DNA of 64,000 nt, taken from Thermoplasmata archaeon. GTDB lineage: Archaea > Thermoplasmatota > Thermoplasmata > Lutacidiplasmatales > UBA184. The DNA lies in NCBI GenBank assembly GCA_027306505.1, contig DAHUZP010000050.1, positions 9,363 through 73,362 of the forward strand, read 5' to 3'. Below, piece by piece: positions 57,919 through 64,000 of the stretch; within the stretch, counting starts at the first letter, position 1, and every line of letters begins with the position of its first letter. The position numbers and the translations under genes are program-made. The notes under the pieces were generated by a model. It was given only the letters and a program-made list of their open reading frames with translations. It was not told where the DNA came from and did not search any database.

Positions 57919-58506
57919 GGGCGATCCCCCTCCTCCGACCCCTCCCCGGCATCGGGTGGGCGAGCGACCCACCCGACCGGGCCCGGGAACCCTCCCCAGC
58001 CCGCGCCCAGCAGGTCTGGGGTACGCGTGGCGGTGCCCGGACGCCCTCCTCGCTCGAGGCGCTGGACCCGGAGCGATCGAACGGGGCTCCAGCGTCCAAG
58101 GGCAGAGGGTAGGGGAGCAACCCCTCTTCCCGCCCCTGGAACGCTCTCAGTGGGGCGCCAGCAGCGCTCCAGGCCCATAGGACCGGCCCGTCCACGACAC
58201 CGTGACGCGGTAGTCTCGGCGCTCTCCGCCCGGGTCGTTCACGGGCAGCGTCCAGGGGGGCTCCGGAACGCCCCGGACAGCCTGCGGGACGCGCCGATCG
58301 GGGGGAGCCCTGAGGCCGACCCTAGGCGCGGGCCTAGGGTTGGAGGGACAGGACAACTCCAGGTGGTGCACAGGCACCCCGCCAAGGGCCTCCAAGATGG
58401 GGCCCAGCCCTTTTCGAGCCCCGGGCGGCACCCAGGCACGAGAGCGGCCTTCCTGAGAGGGCTAGGCTGAACCGAGGCTGGCCCCCTCGCAGGAGCCAAG
58501 GTCGGA

Positions 58507-58698
58507 CTAACCGTAGGGTCCGACGTCGTCCAGAAGGTCGACGTGGGAGAGGAGCATGCGGCGGCAGCAGTAGCGCTTGACGCCGAGCTCGTCGAGGATG
58601 ATCCGTGGCTTCTCTCCACGGGCCGTCCGCTCCCGGTAGGTGTCCCAGTGCTGGCCGACGAGGGTTCCGCACGTGAAGCATCGGACGGGCATCATCAT
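58507..58698 (-). CDS. rpoN: DNA-directed RNA polymerase subunit N (Rpo10)
   Basis: MMMPVRCFTCGTLVGQHWDTY ... LGVKRYCCRRMLLSHVDL is the archaeal RpoN/eukaryotic RPB10 zinc-bundle signature. Confidence 0.95.
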   Translation of the reverse strand: MMMPVRCFTCGTLVGQHWDTYRERTARGEKPRIILDELGVKRYCCRRMLLSHVDLLDDVGPYG

Positions 58699-58745
58699 GG
58701 GCTTCTCTCCTCCTGCTTGCCTGGAACTTCCGACCGACGCCCTGC

Positions 58746-59162
58746 CTAACGGTAGGACTTCTGGCGCCGCTTGCGGGCTCCGCGACCCTGGGGACGCTTG
58801 GGCAGCTTGCGGCGTGGATCGTTAACGATGAGGGAACGGTCGTGGTGCTTGTACATGTCGGCGAGGCCGGGGTCCTTGAGGAACTGGACCAGCCCACGGG
58901 CGATCGCGGTCCGTGCGGCGGACGCCTGCCCCATGATGCCTCCACCCTCAACCAGGACCTGGACGTCGAGCCCGTGCGCGCGGTCTCCCGCCAGCACGAG
59001 GGGCTCCTGGATCTTCCAACGGGCGAACTCGGGTTCCCAGAGCTCGAGCGGGCGGTCGTTGATCCATACCCGACCCTGTCCGGGGTTGAAGATTGCACGT
59101 GCGATGGCGCTCTTGCGCTTCCCGCTGGTCTGCACCATCGGGTTCGGGGCCTTCTTTACCAT
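58746..59162 (-). CDS. rps9: 30S ribosomal protein S9 (uS9)
   Basis: TSGKRKSAIARA, GGGIMGQASAARTAIARGL, and the C-terminal ...KRRQKSYR. Confidence 0.95.
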   Translation of the reverse strand: MVKKAPNPMVQTSGKRKSAIARAIFNPGQGRVWINDRPLELWEPEFARWKIQEPLVLAGDRAHGLDVQVLVEGGGIMGQASAARTAIARGLVQFLKDPGLADMYKHHDRSLIVNDPRRKLPKRPQGRGARKRRQKSYR

Positions 59163-59896
59163 GGTCCAACGCCTCCCACGTGACGCGAGATCTCCCCCAG
59201 CGTCATCGGCGGGCGCAGGGAGGGACGGGGTTTAGCTCCTTCGAGGGTCTCCCGGGGGAGCGAAGCGAGCTCCTGGGGCACGCCCACGTAGGTCACCAAC
59301 CGCGCCCAGGCCTCCCGGCCCTTGGTGTGGCGGAAAGGTAGCATCCCGCGGACGGTGCGGCGGAAGATCCGGTCCGGTCGGCGGGGGAAGTCAGGGCCCT
59401 TGCGCACCGAACCTCGGGCCACGGCGAGGCGGTACTCCTCCAGCAGGGAAGCGTACCCCCCGAGCACGACGGCCTTCTCGGTGTTGACCACGGCAATCCG
59501 CTCACCCTGGAGCAGTCGCTTGGCGAGGAGGCTCGCGGCGCGTCCCAGGACGACCCCGGAGGCGTCCACGACCTTGGGAAGAGGTCCAGCGGCGCGCGCG
59601 GCGCGTCGCTGACGGAGCTCCGCCCACTTATGGGAGGCCCCCTCCTTCTTCTCCACTTTGCTCGTGGCGGGCTTCGCAGTGGGCTTGGGGGCGGGCTTCG
59701 CTTCCGCAGGCTTCACGGCGGGCTTCGGAGCAGGCGTAGCGCTGCCCGTGGGCTTCGCCTTCGGAGCGCTGGGGGCGGGAGGCGCGGAGGTAGAGGAAGT
59801 CGGGGCGGGCTTTGCGGTGGCCGGCTTCGCGGGGGCCGCACTTGGGGTGGGCTTGCTCGTGGACTCTTCAGGCAATGAGACGCACCCCCTTGGCAT
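59156..59896 (-). CDS. rpl13: 50S ribosomal protein L13 (uL13), possibly with a ~100-aa Ala/Pro/Lys-rich N-terminal extension
   Basis: The core VVDASGVVLGRAASLLAKRLLQGERIAVVNTEKAVVLG ... RTVRGMLP starts near 59570. The same frame stays open upstream to an ATG at 59896. There is no other gene in the 300 nt after the L18e stop. Confidence 0.85.
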   Translation of the reverse strand: MPRGCVSLPEESTSKPTPSAAPAKPATAKPAPTSSTSAPPAPSAPKAKPTGSATPAPKPAVKPAEAKPAPKPTAKPATSKVEKKEGASHKWAELRQRRAARAAGPLPKVVDASGVVLGRAASLLAKRLLQGERIAVVNTEKAVVLGGYASLLEEYRLAVARGSVRKGPDFPRRPDRIFRRTVRGMLPFRHTKGREAWARLVTYVGVPQELASLPRETLEGAKPRPSLRPPMTLGEISRHVGGVGPW

Positions 59897-60230
59897 CGGC
59901 GTGCTTGCTGAGCAGCTCCTCGAGCGAGAGCGCGGTGCCGCCCGCGGCGATGACCTTCTTCCGGGCGCCCGGGGAGTAGGCCAGGGCGGCGACGGTGAGC
60001 GGCTTCTGGAGCTTCCCAGCGGCGAGGAGCTTCGTGGGCACGACGAGCACTTCCTGAGGCTTCGCGATCCGGTCGAGGTGACCCACGTTGACGGGTCGGC
60101 GGGAGTGACGGGAGCGCGAGAGGTGCTCAGCGGCGGCGACCCAGAGCGGAACGTCCTTCTGGCGACCGTGACGGTGCAGTTCCCGGATGAGCTTGCGCAG
60201 CTCCGGATTGTTCTTGTTATCGGCCACCAT
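59868..60230 (-). CDS. rpl18e: 50S ribosomal protein L18e (eL18)
   Basis: The ATG at 60230 gives MVADNKNNPELRKLIRELHRHGRQKDVPLWVAAAEHLSRSRHSRRPVNVGHLDRI ..., 120 aa. The track ORF to 60608 is an upstream extension. Confidence 0.9.
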   Translation of the reverse strand: MVADNKNNPELRKLIRELHRHGRQKDVPLWVAAAEHLSRSRHSRRPVNVGHLDRIAKPQEVLVVPTKLLAAGKLQKPLTVAALAYSPGARKKVIAAGGTALSLEELLSKHADAKGVRLIA

Positions 60231-60274
60231 GGGTAGGCGAGGGGGCCGAGGCACCTGGGCCCCCCCTATTAAGC

Positions 60275-60844
60275 TTACGATGCCGCGGCTCGACTGTGGG
60301 CCCCCGGTGGGACCAATTCGAGGTACATCCGATCGGAATCGGTGTAGAACCCCTGTCGCTTGATCCCTCGGGGGAGAGACCCGCATGAGCGGAAGCCGAC
60401 CTTCGCGTAGAGGCGCTTCGCCCTCGTGTTGTTCCCGAAGACCGAGAGCACGACGATCTCTAGACGCCCCGCGCATCGCGCCAGGACCTCCCGGATGAGG
60501 GCCTCGCCTATGCCCTGGCCACGGTGGCGTTCGTGGACGAGCAAGCCGAGCTCCCCAACGTGGGCCTCGTCCGCGTTCGTGTCCGATCCCTTCTGCGTGA
60601 CCTCGCACAATCCCACCGCACGGCCACCAACCTCGGCCACCCTCACGACCTTCTTGCCGACGCGGACCGCCTCCAAGAGCGCGTCGAACCAGGCGTTCTC
60701 CGCCTCCACCGTAGGAGGGGTCTTCGCGAGGACGATCCCGAGCGTCGGGTGGTTCTCCCGTTCCTGGTAGAGAGCGAGATAGCCTTGCACGATGGACTCA
60801 CGGTCGGTGGTGCGCACCTCTCGGATACGATAGTCGGGCGACAT
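60275..60844 (-). CDS. GNAT-family N-acetyltransferase
   Basis: LLVHERHRGQGIGEALIREVLARC ... NTRAKRLYAKVGF (acetyl-CoA-binding motif A). Confidence 0.85.
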   Translation of the reverse strand: MSPDYRIREVRTTDRESIVQGYLALYQERENHPTLGIVLAKTPPTVEAENAWFDALLEAVRVGKKVVRVAEVGGRAVGLCEVTQKGSDTNADEAHVGELGLLVHERHRGQGIGEALIREVLARCAGRLEIVVLSVFGNNTRAKRLYAKVGFRSCGSLPRGIKRQGFYTDSDRMYLELVPPGAHSRAAAS

Positions 60845-60959
60845 GCCAGGGGACTCGTTCGAGAGCGCTTCAACCTACCCCGGCTCTTCGAAGAGGGGCC
60901 AGTCGAGGACAATGTTTAATTAGCCTCCGACGGCTCCGCTCCTCGAGAGAGGCCCGCAC

Positions 60960-61205
60960 ATGCGAAAGTTCTTCACCGAGCTTCGAGGAAAGACGGTCAT
61001 GACCAACGAGGGAGACATCCTCGGGTACATCGACAACTTCGTGATGGAGACCTCCACCGGCAACATCCACCACGTCCTCGTGATGCCTCACAACGAGGTC
61101 GACGCCCGTCTCTTCCAGACGGACGGCGACGGACGCCTCATCCTCCCCTTCAAGAGCATGCGGGCGGTCCGTGACGTGGTGGTCATGGAGCTTGCCGGCC
61201 GCTGA
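60960..61205 (+). CDS. PRC-barrel domain protein
   Basis: 81 aa. ELRGKTVMTNEGDILGYIDNFVMETSTGNIHHVLV fits the PRC-barrel pattern. Confidence 0.7.
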   Translation: MRKFFTELRGKTVMTNEGDILGYIDNFVMETSTGNIHHVLVMPHNEVDARLFQTDGDGRLILPFKSMRAVRDVVVMELAGR

Positions 61206-62067
61206 GAAGCTCGAGCCTTCCTTCGTTTCCATCGTCATCACGGTCCGCAACGAGGAGCGACATCTCGCCGCCCTCCTGGACAGCCTGCTGGTCCAGGAAC
61301 CCCCGTTCGAGATCGTCCTGGTCGACGCCTGCTCGGACGACCGCACCTGGGAGATCGCCAGCGACTATCATGAGCGACATCCCGCCGTCCTGAGGATCTT
61401 CCAGCGCAAGGGTCACCGCGGCGCCGGCCGGAACATCGGCGTGGAGGAGGCCCGAGGGGAGTTCGTTGCCTTCACCGATGGTGACTGCGTCGCGGACCCC
61501 CTCTGGCTGCACTGGCTCCGCCGAGGCTTCGAGAGAGCTCCGGCCATCGCCGGCAAGAGCGTGGTGGAGGGCCCGCGGGCCTTCGCCCAGCTCGAGCGCG
61601 TGGAGCTCCTCCAGGGAGGGACGGACGTGACCTATCCCTCCTGCAACCTCGGCTATCGCCGGGAGCTCTTCCAGCGCCTGGGAGGCTTCGATGGGCGTTT
61701 CATCACCGCGGAGGACATCGACCTCAATCTCAGGGCGGTGCGGGCGGGCGCGGCCCTCCTCTACGTCCCTGAAGCCCTCATCCACCACCACGTGCGGGAG
61801 ACCGTGATGCGGTTCCTGCTACAGGCCTTCTGGAACGGCTACGGACGCAAGCAGCTCACCGAGAAGCACGGTCAGCTCTGGGCGAGGTACCGGTACTCCC
61901 GAATGCTCTCGACCCAGTCGAGCCCGCTCGCCTACGCCCGTCTGGCCGCCGCCCTGGTCGGGTACTTCACCCGGCTCGTGACCGTGAGCGGGACGCCCCA
62001 GAGGATCCCTCCGGAACGGCCCGAGGCGGTCTCCGCCTCTCGTCCGAAGGAGGCGCCCCGGGCCTGA
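61171..62067 (+). CDS. Glycosyltransferase family 2
   Basis: VSIVITVRNEERHLAALLDSL, IVLVDACSDDRT, GAGRNIG, and FTDGDCV (DxD). The start is uncertain (GTG 61171 or TTG 61192). Confidence 0.8.
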   Translation: MTWWSWSLPAAEKLEPSFVSIVITVRNEERHLAALLDSLLVQEPPFEIVLVDACSDDRTWEIASDYHERHPAVLRIFQRKGHRGAGRNIGVEEARGEFVAFTDGDCVADPLWLHWLRRGFERAPAIAGKSVVEGPRAFAQLERVELLQGGTDVTYPSCNLGYRRELFQRLGGFDGRFITAEDIDLNLRAVRAGAALLYVPEALIHHHVRETVMRFLLQAFWNGYGRKQLTEKHGQLWARYRYSRMLSTQSSPLAYARLAAALVGYFTRLVTVSGTPQRIPPERPEAVSASRPKEAPRA

Positions 62068-62230
62068 GCGCCCCGTGTGCGGGACACTCAGGTCGCCCGT
62101 GAGTGCCCTACCTCCGTGTCGGGCCCACGGGGACCTGCACGCGCGATAGGCGTGCCGCCGCAGCAACGCGGCGGACCGATCGGGGGTGGTCGGGCCCCCT
62201 GGGGGGGTCCGGGGGGGTCGTGGGGAGCCT

Positions 62231-62593
62231 TCAGCTCGTCTTGACCATCTCGGCGACCTTGGAGACCTCGTCCAGGACCTTCTGGGTGTCCTGGGTCTGG
62301 TCGACCACGGCCACGAGGAGCGCCTTCTTGCCGCTCCCGACGACGATGGTCTTGGAGTCCGCCCCTTCGATGATGATCTTCTCCGGAGGGGACCGGTTGA
62401 GCTCGGTGTTAGCCGTTGCTGCCGCCCCTAGGATTGTCGCACACATGATCGCAAAGGTCTCGGTGTAGACCCCTGCCGGTACATCCGCGTAAAGTACAAG
62501 GCCGTCCCGGGAAACGAGCGCGCTAGCTACCGCTCCGATCCGGGCCTTCAGGTCCTTGATGACCGCGCCCACATTTCCTGCCGCTGCCATCAT
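62231..62593 (-). CDS. Roadblock/LC7 (MglB-like) domain protein
   Basis: 120 aa. VASALVSRDGLVLYADVP ... ETFAIMCATILGAAATA ... IIIEGADSKTIVVGSGKKALLVAVV is the Robl_LC7 pattern. Confidence 0.85.
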   Translation of the reverse strand: MMAAAGNVGAVIKDLKARIGAVASALVSRDGLVLYADVPAGVYTETFAIMCATILGAAATANTELNRSPPEKIIIEGADSKTIVVGSGKKALLVAVVDQTQDTQKVLDEVSKVAEMVKTS

Positions 62594-62612
62594 CGCTCCT
62601 CTTTCTCCTCCC

Positions 62613-63014
62613 TTACATTTCCTCGATACGGAATAGACAGACGTCCTTTCCCAGACTTGCGCACTGTTCCTCGGTGCAGTTCACCCGGGTCCCCTTCTGC
62701 CGCTCATAGACCTCGCGGATGATGCCGCGCAGGCGGTGGCAAGTTGGTATGTCACTTTGCACGACCTCCACACTGCCTCGAGCGGTGACCCCTTTCTCCG
62801 AGAACTGGATATCCTCGACCCATCCCCTCTCCTTAAGGATATCGGCGACGGTGGGGAAGTACCTGTCCCGGTTCTTGAGACCTTGCTCCGCGAGATCGGA
62901 CCCCAATACCGACCCCTCTCGGAAGAAGAGACCGTGGCACGCGTGTGACATCACCCCTTCGTAGAGGTCCTTGATCTTGGCCAGTTCGCCCTGGCTGATC
63001 CTGACCCATCGCAT
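62613..63014 (-). CDS. V4R (4-vinyl reductase-type) domain protein
   Basis: GLFFREGSVLGSDLA... and the C-terminal Cys-containing VNCTEEQCASLGKDVCLFRIE, typical of archaeal V4R proteins. It ends 20 nt upstream of the Roadblock gene. Confidence 0.7.
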   Translation of the reverse strand: MRWVRISQGELAKIKDLYEGVMSHACHGLFFREGSVLGSDLAEQGLKNRDRYFPTVADILKERGWVEDIQFSEKGVTARGSVEVVQSDIPTCHRLRGIIREVYERQKGTRVNCTEEQCASLGKDVCLFRIEEM

Positions 63015-63041
63015 GAGACGGCGGCGCCACCAACCGTGGCG

Positions 63042-63048
63042 ATATAAA
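63042..63048 (-). promoter_or_regulatory. TATA box (TTTATAT on the minus strand) ~31 nt upstream of the V4R ATG (63014); near-leaderless
   Basis: An AT heptamer in the 70-nt gap between the coiled-coil gene stop and the V4R start. Confidence 0.45.
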
Positions 63049-63083
63049 CTCCACTCTCGGGCTCGGATCGGACGGCGAGGGCC

Positions 63084-63941
63084 CTAACGGGTGCCCTTCT
63101 GCAGGGCCAGGAGGTCCTCGGTGGAGATCTTCCCGCCCTTCTTGAACCGAGCGAAGAGGTCCTCCTCCTTCGGCGCCTCCATGGGTGGCACCACGAGCCC
63201 GCTCTTCGTCTTCGCCGCGTAGAGCATCTTCTCGAGGTCGCGAACCTCCTCGATGGCGGCCATCGCGGCCTTGTGCTCGTCGTCGCTCGCGGTCTTGACC
63301 TCGACCAGCTTCTGGTGGACCTCGTCGGCCTCCCGCCTGAGCTTGTCCACTTCCTCGAAGAGACCGACCATCGACTCGTGCTCCCGCTGGGCCTTCTCGG
63401 CGAGCACCTCCACGCCCTTGTGGCAGGCCTCGGCCTCGGCCCGCGCCTTCTCGGCCGCCTGGATCGCGGACTCCACCGCGGGGTCCTTGCGCAGGAGGTC
63501 GTCCTGGGCCTTGATCTCCCGCTGGAGGCGCTGCATGTCGGCGATGAGCCGCTGCTCCCCCTCCTTGGTGTGGGTGCTCGTCATGTGGCGGAACTCGAGC
63601 TCCTTGAGCTCCTTGCGCAACCGCCAGACCGGCGGCCCGTCCGTCCGGGCGACGTGGTTGCGCTTGAGCTCCGCGACCTTCTCGGCCATGAGGTCCGCGT
63701 TGCGGTTCGCCTCCTCACGGGCCCTCTTCGCCTCTCGGACCTCCTCGTTGAGCTGGTCCCTCGTGCGCCGGTGGTCCTGCGCTTCGGCGCTCTTGCCCCG
63801 AAGCTCGTCCACCACGGCGGCCCGGCGGTCGGCCCATCGGTGGGCCTCGGCGTTCAGCCGGTCACGCTTCGCCCGGTGCTCGTCGGCACGGGCATTGCAT
63901 TCCGCCCTCTTCCGTTCCAGTTCCTCGATAGCGTCGGCCAT
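63084..63941 (-). CDS. Archaeal coiled-coil protein (long heptad-rich helices, C-terminal KKGGKISTEDLLALQK tail)
   Basis: Almost entirely charged heptad-like sequence (EELERKRAECNARADEHRAKRDRLNAEAH...). ATG at 63941 (GTG at 63959 is an alternative). It resembles conserved archaeal COG1340-type coiled-coil proteins, from memory only. Confidence 0.7.
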   Translation of the reverse strand: MADAIEELERKRAECNARADEHRAKRDRLNAEAHRWADRRAAVVDELRGKSAEAQDHRRTRDQLNEEVREAKRAREEANRNADLMAEKVAELKRNHVARTDGPPVWRLRKELKELEFRHMTSTHTKEGEQRLIADMQRLQREIKAQDDLLRKDPAVESAIQAAEKARAEAEACHKGVEVLAEKAQREHESMVGLFEEVDKLRREADEVHQKLVEVKTASDDEHKAAMAAIEEVRDLEKMLYAAKTKSGLVVPPMEAPKEEDLFARFKKGGKISTEDLLALQKGTR

Positions 63942-64000
63942 TCCCACCGCGCCCGGCACGGCTCGCGCCGAGACGAAAACAGCGCGGACGTCTCTGACCG

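Noticed and set aside
54784-57972. 1062-aa ORF antisense to the S-layer-like gene. Many similar long ORFs were also seen: 1105-2532(-), 9716-11293(+), 19889-21523(-), 21871-23886(-), 23997-25064(-), 25423-26454(-), 27986-29272(-), 30787-32646(+), 33884-35554(+), 34377-36341(-), 40813-41895(-), 42080-43327(-), 45059-46489(+), 46584-47747(-), 51957-52931(-) and 53046-54209(-).
   Set aside because: All are Arg/Gly/Pro/Ala-dominated with no recognisable motif. Each lies entirely opposite or out of frame to ORFs with clear family signatures (tkt, pgi, zwf, mutS, cdc48 and others). They are the stop-poor shadow frames expected in DNA this GC-rich.
57919-58506. Possible SRP (7S) RNA or RNase P RNA in the large gap next to rpoN.
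   Set aside because: I found partial resemblances (GGGAGCAAC; GUGCCUGU...). I could not assemble a helix-8 GNAR tetraloop with a complementary stem plus the AGCA loop, the UGUAA Alu motif, or the RNase P GGAAAGUCC/ACAGAA blocks on either strand. The region is kept only as an unassigned finding.
62155-62174. Hairpin CCGCCGC-AGCAAC-GCGGCGG between the convergent GT2 and Roadblock genes, considered as a terminator.
   Set aside because: No adjacent oligo-T tract is present on either strand, and archaeal termination normally relies on T-runs. GC-rich palindromes are frequent by chance in this sequence.

Overview
This is a very GC-rich window (roughly two-thirds G+C by eye), gene-dense, and from an archaeon. 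Archaeal markers on the contig are RNA polymerase subunit N; the ribosomal block L18e-L13-S9-RpoN; Cdc48/VAT; KEOPS subunit Cgi121; TATA boxes about 30 nt upstream of start codons; and a tRNA with an apparent non-canonical intron. I saw no rRNA, CRISPR array, transposase or integrase.

Content from left to right:
- A glucan-degradation pair (debranching enzyme and GH15 glucoamylase).
- A large envelope-glycosylation island at about 5.9-19.9 kb. It holds a GT2 dolichyl-phosphate-sugar-synthase-like gene, three GT-C-like polytopic membrane proteins (two are giant divergent paralogues fused to beta-propellers), a sulfatase-like enzyme, a GT4 and a methyltransferase. Ig-repeat surface proteins flank it.
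- A complete bacterial-type oxidative pentose-phosphate operon (tkt-pgi-gnd-zwf-pgl-glucokinase), followed by a GltD-like NADPH oxidoreductase.
- Citrate synthase, an MFS transporter and small metabolic genes, including a DinB-fold gene interrupted by an in-frame TGA.
- A block of unknown membrane and nuclease genes.
- A mutS-mutL operon that continues into a GNAT and a small PD-(D/E)xK-like nuclease.
- Two tRNAs, Cgi121, an MBL hydrolase and Cdc48.
- A 1159-aa heavily sequon-studded S-layer-like glycoprotein.
- The ribosomal/RpoN block.
- A lower-GC Roadblock-V4R-coiled-coil cluster.

In DNA this GC-rich nearly every frame is open. Most long ORFs in the supplied track are antisense or out-of-frame shadows and were rejected. 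All functional calls rest on motif recognition by eye. No database search was run.
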